This document shows positions 27,759 through 36,433 of a stretch of DNA of 50,468 bases, piece by piece. Both the position numbers and the translations under genes were made by a program. Below the pieces are notes generated by a model that was not told the DNA's origin, did not search any database, and worked only from the letters and a program-made list of their open reading frames with translations. Source of the stretch: an uncultured Clostridia bacterium (lineage in GTDB: Bacteria > Bacillota > Clostridia > Oscillospirales > CAG-272); the NCBI GenBank assembly GCA_946404035.1, contig CAMJCC010000003.1, forward strand, positions 1 through 50,468, read 5' to 3'. Every line of letters begins with the position of its first letter. The stretch's first letter is position 1.

Positions 27759-28763
27759 ATGTCAAGTTGTCGTATTCCCGACGGTTACGTTTCTCCCCTG
27801 ACCCTGCGCCAAACCGAGAACGCCATTAAAAAGGTCAAGGACTTTTTCGAACGCGATCTTGCGATCCAACTGAACCTGACGCGCGTTTCGGCGCCCCTTT
27901 TCGTGTCGCGCGACAGCGGGCTGAACGACAACCTGAACGGCGTTGAACGCCCCGTTTCCTTCGACCTTTCGACCGGCGGGACCTTTGAGATCGTCCATTC
28001 GCTTGCCAAATGGAAGCGCCAGGCGCTGAAGACCTACGGTTTTTCGGCGGGCGAGGGGCTCTACACCGATATGAACGCCATCCGCCGCGACGAGGACACG
28101 GACAACCTCCATTCGATCTTCGTCGATCAGTGGGATTGGGAAAAGGTCATTCGCCGCGAGGATCGCACGCTCGACACGCTGAAAAAGACCGTCAAGCTGA
28201 TCTACGCCTCGCTCCGCCACACCGAGATCTACATCGCCGACGACTACAAGTTCATCGACCGTCTTCTCCCCGAGAAGATTACGTTCCTTTCGACCCAGGA
28301 ACTCGAGGACCGCTATCCCGACGCCACCCCGAAAGAGCGCGAGTATTTCGCCGCCAAGGAGTACGGCGCGATCTGCCTGATCGGCATCGGCGGGAAACTG
28401 AGATCGGGGATCAGACACGACGGGCGCGCGCCCGACTACGACGACTGGTCGCTGAACTGCGACATCATCGTCTACTATCCCGTGCTTGACGTCGCGCTCG
28501 AACTCTCCTCGATGGGTATCCGCGTGGACGAGGAGGCGATGAAGCGCCAGCTTGCAGAGGCGGGATGCCCCGAACGGGCTGAGCTGCCGTTCCACCGCGC
28601 CCTGCTCGCCGGGGAACTCCCCTACACGATCGGCGGCGGGATCGGACAGTCCCGGATGTGCATGTTCTTCCTCCGGAAAGCGCACATCGGAGAGGTACAG
28701 TCCTCCTATTGGGACGAAAAGACCCGCGCGGAGTGCGCGTCTCACGGCGTGGAACTGCTCTGA
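27759..28763 (+). CDS. asnA: aspartate--ammonia ligase
   Basis: RVSAPLFV, DNLNGVERPV, EIVHSLAKWKR, HSIFVDQWDWEK, RAPDYDDW, TIGGGIGQSR. Confidence 0.97.
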   Translation: MSSCRIPDGYVSPLTLRQTENAIKKVKDFFERDLAIQLNLTRVSAPLFVSRDSGLNDNLNGVERPVSFDLSTGGTFEIVHSLAKWKRQALKTYGFSAGEGLYTDMNAIRRDEDTDNLHSIFVDQWDWEKVIRREDRTLDTLKKTVKLIYASLRHTEIYIADDYKFIDRLLPEKITFLSTQELEDRYPDATPKEREYFAAKEYGAICLIGIGGKLRSGIRHDGRAPDYDDWSLNCDIIVYYPVLDVALELSSMGIRVDEEAMKRQLAEAGCPERAELPFHRALLAGELPYTIGGGIGQSRMCMFFLRKAHIGEVQSSYWDEKTRAECASHGVELL

Positions 28764-28810
28764 AAAACAAATACGGGGCGACCGTTTCGGTCGCCCCTCT
28801 TTTTTGTTTT
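28764..28810. terminator. bidirectional terminator
   Basis: ggggcgaccg-ttt-cggtcgcccc flanked by A and T runs. Confidence 0.85.
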
Positions 28811-30408
28811 CAGGAGAAATGCAAAAGGTAATAGGACGAAAACTTGCGGATCTCGGTCTCCAGCCATTCGTAGCCGTATTCCTCTGCGAGCGTCGGCTGA
28901 TCCGAGAAGAGATCGACCCCGAGCCCCAGCCGGTCGCCCTCGATTTTGAACCCCATAGCCGCCAGAACGGTGGGGAAGAGGTCAAAGGCGGTGAAGACCC
29001 GCCCCTCGGTCGGGCGCGCGGGGGTCGCCGCCGCGTTGACAAAGCAGTTGTAGATCGACGGCTGCCGCGTTTTTGCGGGGTCGGCAAGCGCCGTGTCCAT
29101 CCGGGGATGGTCGCCCGTGATCACGATCAGGGTATCGTCGAAAAAGTCCTGCTCTGAGCACCACGCAACGAAGTCCGCCGCCTGACGGTCGGCGCAGGAG
29201 ATCACGCGCTCGATCCGCGGCGCGTCGCTGTCCTCGCAGCAGGGGCAGAGATGCCCGTAGGAATGGTGCGTGTCGACGGTGAGGAACGTGAAGTTGAACG
29301 GTTCCCCTGTTGCGGCGAGCGCAAGGATCTCGCTCTTCGCGATCTCGTAGAGCATATAGTCTTCCAGCCCCCACCACCCGTCGTAGTAATCGGGGGCGAC
29401 GGCTCCGGTCTTGCGCGCGGTGTAGAGGTCGTAGATCTTGAAGTTCCCGTGCTGGGTAAAGTAGAGATCCCGCCCGGCGAACCGCACGTCCGAGCCGCAG
29501 AGGAACTCCTGGCGGTACCCTTTCCGTTCAAGGATATCTCCGAGCGTCGTTAATCCCGCCGCGAACTTTTGACGATAGATCATATCGTTGTGACCGTTGT
29601 CGCCGAGTTCAAAGGAGAACGGGACGCCGGAGGTGGTCGCCAGCAGCGCCGCGATGGTCCACCCGGTCCCGATCGGGCTGTAAAACCCGCCGAGTTTACC
29701 GTCGGTCTGGTCGGAGAAATAGAGATTGCTCCGCGCAAGAGCGGTCAGGTTCGGCATCAGGTTGGTATTCTTGATCCCGCCGTCGGACTTCGACGCGGCG
29801 GCGGTCTCCATACTCTCGATATAGAGCCAGATGATATTTTTGGTTTTGCCCTCGGCTTCGATCGTCACGTCGTCGGGCGAAACGTAATGATCCTCATAGA
29901 TGGTGGTTTTCTGTTTGAGCAGCGTAACGTATTCGGGGATCCCGAGTACAAAGACCGAAAAGACGAGAGAAGAGATCAGGAGCAGAACGATCGCCGTTCC
30001 GCCGATCCGCCGCCAGATCGCCTGGCGCCGGTACTGCGCCGGGCGGCGCTCGTCGTTTGTTTCCCAGTCCTCGCGCTCGACCCGGTATAGGAACCGGTTT
30101 TTGCGCCGGGTCTTGCAATCGCGGAAAAAGCGCCACACAGGTCCCGACGCGAACAGGGGGATGCAAAGCAAAGCGTAGAGCACGCCCCCGACGATCAGGT
30201 AGACCAGCGCGGCGCCGACGATCTGTTTCACCGTGCCCTCTCCGGTCCCTTTCAGGGGCGAGAGTACGGTATAGATCAGTTCCTTGAACGAAACCGAAAA
30301 GTTCAGTTTGTACCAGACGGCAAGCGAAAGGATCGCGATACCGAGAAGAAACAGTATCCCGAACAATATGGCGAAAATGATCTTGCCCTGTTTCGGTTGC
30401 TTTCTCAA
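28810..30408 (-). CDS. LTA synthase / phosphoglycerol transferase (sulfatase-like) membrane protein
   Basis: N-terminal TMs, NIIWLYIESME, GWTIAA (catalytic Thr), TVDTHH, ITGDH, LGLGVDLFS; TTG start. Confidence 0.85.
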   Translation of the reverse strand: MRKQPKQGKIIFAILFGILFLLGIAILSLAVWYKLNFSVSFKELIYTVLSPLKGTGEGTVKQIVGAALVYLIVGGVLYALLCIPLFASGPVWRFFRDCKTRRKNRFLYRVEREDWETNDERRPAQYRRQAIWRRIGGTAIVLLLISSLVFSVFVLGIPEYVTLLKQKTTIYEDHYVSPDDVTIEAEGKTKNIIWLYIESMETAAASKSDGGIKNTNLMPNLTALARSNLYFSDQTDGKLGGFYSPIGTGWTIAALLATTSGVPFSFELGDNGHNDMIYRQKFAAGLTTLGDILERKGYRQEFLCGSDVRFAGRDLYFTQHGNFKIYDLYTARKTGAVAPDYYDGWWGLEDYMLYEIAKSEILALAATGEPFNFTFLTVDTHHSYGHLCPCCEDSDAPRIERVISCADRQAADFVAWCSEQDFFDDTLIVITGDHPRMDTALADPAKTRQPSIYNCFVNAAATPARPTEGRVFTAFDLFPTVLAAMGFKIEGDRLGLGVDLFSDQPTLAEEYGYEWLETEIRKFSSYYLLHFS

Positions 30409-30459
30409 ACCGCGACCCTTTCCAAAAAAGAAATTGGTGGGGATACGAGCGTGGAACGG

Positions 30460-30804
30460 TCAGAAATTGGCGCCGTTCCAGCCCCAGTACGCGATCTCCT
30501 CGTACTTGACGTAAACGCCCTCTCCGGGGATCCCGGCGACCCGTTCCATAAGGTCGGTCAGATCGCGGGTGACGGCGGCGTAGGCGTCGGGGGTGGACGA
30601 ACCGAGCAACTCGACCTCGATCATAGCGAGCGGCTCGTCGCTCTTTCCGGCGAGCGAAAGGGCGCAATCCCCCTCGCAGTCGGTCATCAGCCAACGCTCG
30701 GTCTTTCCGGGGAAGAGCGCGATGGTCTTACCGAGTTCCTTTTGAAGCTCGGAGACGGTCTCCTTGGAGAGCGGACGGTTGCAGCGAACGCGGATATACG
30801 GCAT
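30460..30804 (-). CDS. MIF / phenylpyruvate tautomerase-like protein
   Basis: 114 aa, N-terminal Pro after Met (MPYIR), PGKTERWLM, C-terminal WGWNGANF. Confidence 0.88.
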   Translation of the reverse strand: MPYIRVRCNRPLSKETVSELQKELGKTIALFPGKTERWLMTDCEGDCALSLAGKSDEPLAMIEVELLGSSTPDAYAAVTRDLTDLMERVAGIPGEGVYVKYEEIAYWGWNGANF

Positions 30805-30815
30805 ACTTTTTTACC

Positions 30816-31679
30816 TCACACGCCCGAGTAGGCGGAAAAACCGCCGTCGATCGGGAGAATAACCCCGGTCACGAAGCCGGATGCGGCGTTGTCCAGGAAG
30901 AAGAACAGACCGCCGAGAAGCTCGCTTGCCTCTCCGAAGCGGCGCATCGGCGTGCCGGCAAGGATCTTGCCGGTCCGCGCCGTGGGGGTGCCGTCCTCTT
31001 TGAAGAGGAGGGCGCGGTTCTGGTTGGTCACGAAGAACCCGGGGGCGATGGCGTTGACGCGGACGCCGGTCTCGGCAAAATGGACGGCGAGCCACTGGGT
31101 AAAGTTCGAGACCGCGGCTTTCGCGGCGCTGTACGCCGGGATCTTGGTCAGGGGACGGTAGGCGTTCATCGAGGAGATGTTCACAATGTTCCCGCCCTTG
31201 CCCGACTTCGCCATATCGAGGGCGAAGACCTGGGTGGTAAGAAACGCCGCCGTGACGTTCAAGTCAAAAACGAAGCGCACGCCGTCGGGCGAGATCGAGA
31301 AGAACGACTGCTTGTCCGGGTCGGAGAGGGTCGCCTCGTTGAAGGTCTCGTCAAAGGTCGTGGCGCGGGGATTGTTCCCGCCCGCCCCGTTGATCAGGAT
31401 ATCGCAGGGACCGAATTTTTCGTCGACGATCGCCTTTGCCGCTTCGAGCGACGCTTTATCCAGGCAGTTTGCCTTGATCGCGATCGCCTGTCCGCCGTCG
31501 GACTTGATCTCGTCGGCGATCTTCTCCGCCACCGCGTCGTTGATGTCGAGCAGGGCGACCTTTGCGCCGCACTTGGCGAGCGCGCGGGAGAAATCCGAGC
31601 AGAGCACCCCGGCGGCACCGGTCACGACGGCGACCTTGCCGGAGAGGTCGAGCGCGTAGGGAAGTTTCATTTCACTCAT
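30816..31679 (-). CDS. uxuB: D-mannonate oxidoreductase / fructuronate reductase (SDR type)
   Basis: VTGAAGVLC, NGAGGNNPRAT, NISSMNAYRPLTKIPAYSAAK, DGGFSAYSGV; adjacent to uxuA. Confidence 0.85.
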   Translation of the reverse strand: MSEMKLPYALDLSGKVAVVTGAAGVLCSDFSRALAKCGAKVALLDINDAVAEKIADEIKSDGGQAIAIKANCLDKASLEAAKAIVDEKFGPCDILINGAGGNNPRATTFDETFNEATLSDPDKQSFFSISPDGVRFVFDLNVTAAFLTTQVFALDMAKSGKGGNIVNISSMNAYRPLTKIPAYSAAKAAVSNFTQWLAVHFAETGVRVNAIAPGFFVTNQNRALLFKEDGTPTARTGKILAGTPMRRFGEASELLGGLFFFLDNAASGFVTGVILPIDGGFSAYSGV

Positions 31680-31697
31680 GGAAGATACCTTCTTTCG

Positions 31698-32762
31698 TTA
31701 TTTGCGGGGGAGCGTCTTTTCCAGCGCTTCCCATACCCCGGAGAGATAGACCGCGCCGAGCGCCCGGTCGTAAAGCCCGTAGCCGGGTTTGCCGTGCTCG
31801 CCCCAGATGTTCCGGCCGTGGTCGGGACGGATATAACCATCGAAGCCGTTTTCGTACAGGGCGCGCAGGATACCGTAGATATCGAGCGAGCCGCATTCGG
31901 TGGGGTGCGGGCTCTCGTGGAAGAAGAGTTTGCCGTCCCCCTGCTCGACGAACTTGATGTTCCGCGCGTGGACGAAATGGACGCGTCCCATCGCGGCGTA
32001 TTTGCCCGCCATTTTCACAAGGTCGTTGTTCTTGTCGGCGCCGAGCGACCCGGTGCAGAGCGTGATGCCGTTTTCCGGCTCGTCGACGGCGGAGAACAGA
32101 CGGTCGATCCCCTTTTCGCCCGAGATGATGCGGGGAAGACCGAAGAGCGACCAGGGCGGATCGTCCGGGTGCACCGCCATCTTGATCCCGCTCTCCTTGC
32201 AGGCGGGCATCAGCGCGGTCAGGAAGTACACCATATTCTGAAAGAGTTGTTCGGCGTCCACCGCCTCGTAGCGGCGGAGCAGGGTCGCCAGCTGTTCACG
32301 GGTGTAACTCTCGTCCCAGCCGGGAAGCGAGAGCGACTGTTTGCGGGGATCCAGCGCGTCGACCGTGTGCTGATCGTAGGCGAGGCAGTTGGAGCCGTCC
32401 GCGGTCTTGAACGCGAGTTCCGACCGCACCCAGTCAAAGACCGGCATAAAGTTGTAGCAGATCACTTTCACGCCAGCACGGCCGAGGTTACGGATGGTCG
32501 TGATATAGTTGTCGATCAGTTTGTCGCGGGCGGGGGAGCCGAGTTTGATCTCCTCGTGCACCGGGACGCTCTCGATCACTTCCATCTCGAGACCCGCGTC
32601 GTTTGCGAGTTTCTTTTGCTTCAGGATGCTGTCCAGGTCCCAGCTCTCCCCGACGGGGATCGAGTAGAGGGCGGTCACGACGCCGCTCATCTTCGGGATC
32701 TGACGGATCATTTCCAGGGTGACGGGGTCTTTTTCCCCGTACCAGCGAAAGGTCATTTTCAT
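31698..32762 (-). CDS. uxuA: mannonate dehydratase
   Basis: MKMTFRWYG, VIESVPVHEEIK, CYNFMPVFDW, HPDDPPW, RPDHGR, PGYGLYDRALG; start reset to 32762. Confidence 0.96.
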   Translation of the reverse strand: MKMTFRWYGEKDPVTLEMIRQIPKMSGVVTALYSIPVGESWDLDSILKQKKLANDAGLEMEVIESVPVHEEIKLGSPARDKLIDNYITTIRNLGRAGVKVICYNFMPVFDWVRSELAFKTADGSNCLAYDQHTVDALDPRKQSLSLPGWDESYTREQLATLLRRYEAVDAEQLFQNMVYFLTALMPACKESGIKMAVHPDDPPWSLFGLPRIISGEKGIDRLFSAVDEPENGITLCTGSLGADKNNDLVKMAGKYAAMGRVHFVHARNIKFVEQGDGKLFFHESPHPTECGSLDIYGILRALYENGFDGYIRPDHGRNIWGEHGKPGYGLYDRALGAVYLSGVWEALEKTLPRK

Positions 32763-33781
32763 TTGGCGTTCTTCCTTTCTTGTTTGATCATGACCGGGTC
32801 GCCCCGTTGGGAGGAGAGGTACGCGGCGAAGAGGACCCGGAGAGGGACGGCGGCGGACGAGAGGGTCACCGGCATCGGGTCTCCCGTCTTCAGCGCCTCG
32901 TAGAAGCGGCGGATCAGCCGGATGTGTCCCGCGCCCCAACATTCCTTGCCGGGCGACGAATGTCCGTCGCCGGGAACGTTGAACGGCTCTCCGTCGAGAT
33001 ACAGCCGGTCGCCGAGCAGCGAGATGCGCTTTCCGTTGCGGCAGAACAGTTCGTTGAAGTTGGGCGCGTCGCACCCGAACGCGGTGGTCGCGGTAAAGAA
33101 CCCGGTCGCGCCGCCATCAAACCCGATGAGCAGCTCCGCCGTGTCCTCGACGTCGATCACGCCGACGTGACGGTGGTTTGCGACCCGTGCCGCGACGTTG
33201 AGGGGCGTTCCGAGAAACCCGATCATAAGGTCGAGTTCGTGGATCGCCTGGTTGATGAGCACGCCGCCGCCCTCGGTTTTGGCTTTTCCGCGCCATTCTT
33301 CCGAGCGGTAGTACGCCTCGTCCCGGTTCCAGGTGACCGACGCGCGGGCGGAGACCACCCCGCCGAAGCGGTCGGCAAGTTCGTGCGCCGCGATCACCGA
33401 GGCGTTCAGACGGTTCTGGAAGCAGACCGAGATCTTTGCGGAACTGGTCTTTTCCGCTTTCAGCAGGCGGTCGAGTTCGGCTTCGGAGATGCACGCCGGC
33501 TTTTCAAGAAAGACGTGGATCCCCCGGGCAAGCGCCTCGCACGCCATCTCGCAGTGGAGGTAGTGCGGCGTTGCGATATGGACGACGTCGGGCTTGACCT
33601 CGTCAAGCATCTTTATGTAATCGGTATAGACCCGGGCGTCCGGAGCGTACTTGTTCCGCGCCTCCTCGGCTCTTTTTGCGATCACGTCGCAGAGCGCGAC
33701 CACCTTGACGTCGGGCAGTTTCCCGATCGCGACCAGATGGTTGCCGGAGATCGCCCCGCATCCGATAAGTGCTGTTTTCAT
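32759..33781 (-). CDS. Gfo/Idh/MocA family oxidoreductase
   Basis: IGCGAIS, ATPHYLH, LEKP, FQNR, GGGVLINQAIHELD. Confidence 0.92.
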   Translation of the reverse strand: MKTALIGCGAISGNHLVAIGKLPDVKVVALCDVIAKRAEEARNKYAPDARVYTDYIKMLDEVKPDVVHIATPHYLHCEMACEALARGIHVFLEKPACISEAELDRLLKAEKTSSAKISVCFQNRLNASVIAAHELADRFGGVVSARASVTWNRDEAYYRSEEWRGKAKTEGGGVLINQAIHELDLMIGFLGTPLNVAARVANHRHVGVIDVEDTAELLIGFDGGATGFFTATTAFGCDAPNFNELFCRNGKRISLLGDRLYLDGEPFNVPGDGHSSPGKECWGAGHIRLIRRFYEALKTGDPMPVTLSSAAVPLRVLFAAYLSSQRGDPVMIKQERKNAK

Positions 33782-33786
33782 AGACT

Positions 33787-34665
33787 TTACTTGCTCCAGA
33801 AAGGACCGTTTTCCGTGTACCCCTCGCTACGGAGCAGGTTTTTGAGCGACGAAACGGCGCAGTCGAACGCTTCGTCGGAGGTGGCAAAGGTATGGCGCCC
33901 CCTCAGTTTGTGCTCGTCAATGGACGCGTACGCCGAGAACAGGCGCAGGTGAGGTTCCACCGAAAGGAAGACGGCGTTGTTTGTGTGCCGGTCGATCTTG
34001 GCGATCGCCTCTGCGATCTTGCCCTCGCCCTCGCCCGCCGGCACGATCGCCTGCTCGGAGAAGATCGCGTCCTTGACGTGCATATAGCGGAAAGAGGGAA
34101 GCGTCGCGTCGATGCCCTCGGCGGCGTCGGCGCCGTTCATCCGGTAGTTCGCGGGGTCGAAGATCCCGCAAAGGTCGGGAAGCGTGCGAAGCAGGTCCGC
34201 GACCTCGTTCGGCATCTGACCGTAGATCTTGCTCTCGTTTTCGTGGCAGAGCGTGATCCCCTCGGCTTTCGCCATCTCGATCATCACCGAAAGGCGGTCC
34301 ATCACTTCGTTCCGGCATTCGGCAAGACGCTCCTGCGGGACGAAGAAACTGAACATCCGGATCTGGTTTGTGCCGAGGATGTGGGACGCGTTGATGGCGC
34401 GTTTCAGATCCTCAAGGTGCGGTGCCAGCGGTTCGTCGATCGAGTATTTCCCGATGGGCGAACCGAGCGAGGAAACGCGGATCCCGCCGTCGTCAAGCCC
34501 CCGCCGGATCTCTTTCAGTTCGGCGTCGGTCTTCTTGATCACGTTCTTCTTGTCGACCGCACGGGGCTCGACGTAGCCGATCCCGTTGCGCTGGAGCGCG
34601 GCGATCTGAGCGGCGAGCGTGTCGCCCGCTTCGTCTGCAAAGGCAGACAGTATGAATTTTGCCAT
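33787..34665 (-). CDS. sugar phosphate isomerase/epimerase (TIM barrel)
   Basis: SAFADE, SSLGSPIGK, IRMFSFF, CHENE, FDPAN, MHVKDA, SVEPHL. Confidence 0.88.
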   Translation of the reverse strand: MAKFILSAFADEAGDTLAAQIAALQRNGIGYVEPRAVDKKNVIKKTDAELKEIRRGLDDGGIRVSSLGSPIGKYSIDEPLAPHLEDLKRAINASHILGTNQIRMFSFFVPQERLAECRNEVMDRLSVMIEMAKAEGITLCHENESKIYGQMPNEVADLLRTLPDLCGIFDPANYRMNGADAAEGIDATLPSFRYMHVKDAIFSEQAIVPAGEGEGKIAEAIAKIDRHTNNAVFLSVEPHLRLFSAYASIDEHKLRGRHTFATSDEAFDCAVSSLKNLLRSEGYTENGPFWSK

Positions 34666-34680
34666 CTTCTCTCTCCCGTC

Positions 34681-35430
34681 TTATTTGATAAGTGGACGAA
34701 GTGTTTTGTAGCTGATCTCCATCTGCCCGAACGGATCGGGGAACTCGGAGGCGTTGTCCTGCTCGACCTGCACGTACTTGACGCCGGCTTTTTCACACGC
34801 GGCGATCAGCGGCTTGAAGTCGAGGACGCCGTTTCCGCAGGCGCACATCGGATGCTTTTCCTCGGGGGACAGATCCTTGAAGTGGACGTTGGTCATCCGC
34901 CCGGCGAGCCGCGGGATGTAATCGAGCGGATCTTTCCCCGCGAAAGTCGCCCAGTACACGTCGTGGATAAAATCGAACTCGGACTGTTCGATCAGGATAT
35001 CGTAGGGGGTGATCCCGCCGAGATCGACGAACTCGAAGTCGTGGTTGTGGTAGGTCAGCTGCATTCCGGCGGCGTGGATCTTCTTGCACGCCTCGGCGTA
35101 AAGTGAAATAAACGCGTGCGTCCCCTCGACCGAGCCGCGGTATTTGACGTCGGGAAGACCGATCCCGATGCTGTTGCACCCGTAGATCCTGTGTTCCGCG
35201 ATCAGCTTGTCGGTATCGTTCAGGATCCGGTCGACGGGGGAATGGGTACAGGTGATCGGAAGCGAGAATTCCTCCGAGATATCGCGGAGACGTTCGGGTT
35301 CGATCGGTCCGCAGCCCGAGACCTGAACGACCTCGTACCCGAGTTCCTTCACGCGGCGGAAGGTCTCGCGGATACCGTCCGGGGTCCGGCAAAAGGTGCG
35401 GAGCGAGAAGAGTTGTGCGCCGAGTTTCAT
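34681..35430 (-). CDS. sugar phosphate isomerase/epimerase (TIM barrel)
   Basis: GAQLFSLR, GYEVVQVSG, YHNHDFEF, VHFKD, VEQD; start reset to ATG 35430. Confidence 0.88.
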   Translation of the reverse strand: MKLGAQLFSLRTFCRTPDGIRETFRRVKELGYEVVQVSGCGPIEPERLRDISEEFSLPITCTHSPVDRILNDTDKLIAEHRIYGCNSIGIGLPDVKYRGSVEGTHAFISLYAEACKKIHAAGMQLTYHNHDFEFVDLGGITPYDILIEQSEFDFIHDVYWATFAGKDPLDYIPRLAGRMTNVHFKDLSPEEKHPMCACGNGVLDFKPLIAACEKAGVKYVQVEQDNASEFPDPFGQMEISYKTLRPLIK

Positions 35431-35464
35431 AGGCAAAGCCCTCACTTTAAATTGATACGTTATC

Positions 35465-35553
35465 ATTATACCATACGCGCGAGCGAATTTCCATTGTGTT
35501 TTTTGCATTCTTTTGAAAAAAGGATTGCAAAAATTGACCTCGTGTGCTATCAT
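35465..35553. promoter_or_regulatory. divergent promoter pair
   Basis: Minus strand TGGAAA-17-TATAAT with TG extension (35465-35493); plus strand TTGCAA-17-TATCAT (35525-35553). Confidence 0.6.
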
Positions 35554-35606
35554 AATCTACGATACGTCGCGACCGGGCAGATCCCGGCGCGGGAAAGGAG
35601 TTCCCG

Positions 35607-36413
35607 ATGGACCGGACCTTCGAGTTGACGCTTCCGATCTTTCTCGGATACCATCACCGGCGCGAAGTGATGACGGACCCCAGCGCGTTTGCCCGCCACT
35701 GCCACGACGGTTACGAACTGATCTACATCGCCGAGGGGCGAGGCAGGTTCATCGTGGAGGGCGCGGGGTACGACGTCCGTCCCGGCACCGTCCTTTTCTT
35801 CCGTCCGCACGAGTATCACTACGTCGATATACGACCCGGAGAACCCTACGAGCGGCAGGTCTTCCATTTCAGCCGCGAGAGCGTCGACCAGGGCGTCGGG
35901 ATCTTTCTCGATCTGCTCGACGCGCGTCCCCTCGGAGAGGGGAACTCTTACGCCGAAAGCGATCTTCCGCACGAGTTCACGGCGTTGCTCCGCGGCTTCG
36001 ACGCGGTACAGAGGCTGCCGGAGGCGCAGCAGACGGTGTTCTGCCGGACGCGGCTCGCGGATCTGATCGTGATGCTGGCGACCGCGCACTCGCGGTCGGG
36101 AAACCCGATCACCGAGCGGCTCGGGGGACGGGTGGTCCGCTACCTGAACGAACACATTGACACCGACGAAACGCTGGACGACCTTGCCAAACGGTTTCTG
36201 GTCAGCAAATTCTATCTGTGCCGATCTTTCAAGGAACACAACGGGATCTCGATCCACGGTTATCTGACGCGGAAACGCGTCATGATCGCCAAGTCGCGCA
36301 TCGAGGACGGGGTCTCGGCGGCGAGCGCCGCGTCGGAGGTCGGGTTCGGCGACTACTCCGCGTTCTTCCGCGCCTACCGCCGGATCGTCGGTCACTCTCC
36401 CAGAGAAAAATAA
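35607..36413 (+). CDS. AraC-family transcriptional regulator
   Basis: Cupin HCHDGYELIY..PHEYH; HTH LDDLAKRFLVSKFYLCRSFK..VGFGDYSAFFRAY; divergent from the uxu operon. Confidence 0.93.
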   Translation: MDRTFELTLPIFLGYHHRREVMTDPSAFARHCHDGYELIYIAEGRGRFIVEGAGYDVRPGTVLFFRPHEYHYVDIRPGEPYERQVFHFSRESVDQGVGIFLDLLDARPLGEGNSYAESDLPHEFTALLRGFDAVQRLPEAQQTVFCRTRLADLIVMLATAHSRSGNPITERLGGRVVRYLNEHIDTDETLDDLAKRFLVSKFYLCRSFKEHNGISIHGYLTRKRVMIAKSRIEDGVSAASAASEVGFGDYSAFFRAYRRIVGHSPREK

Positions 36414-36433
36414 GAAAGCCGGTTTAACTTCAA

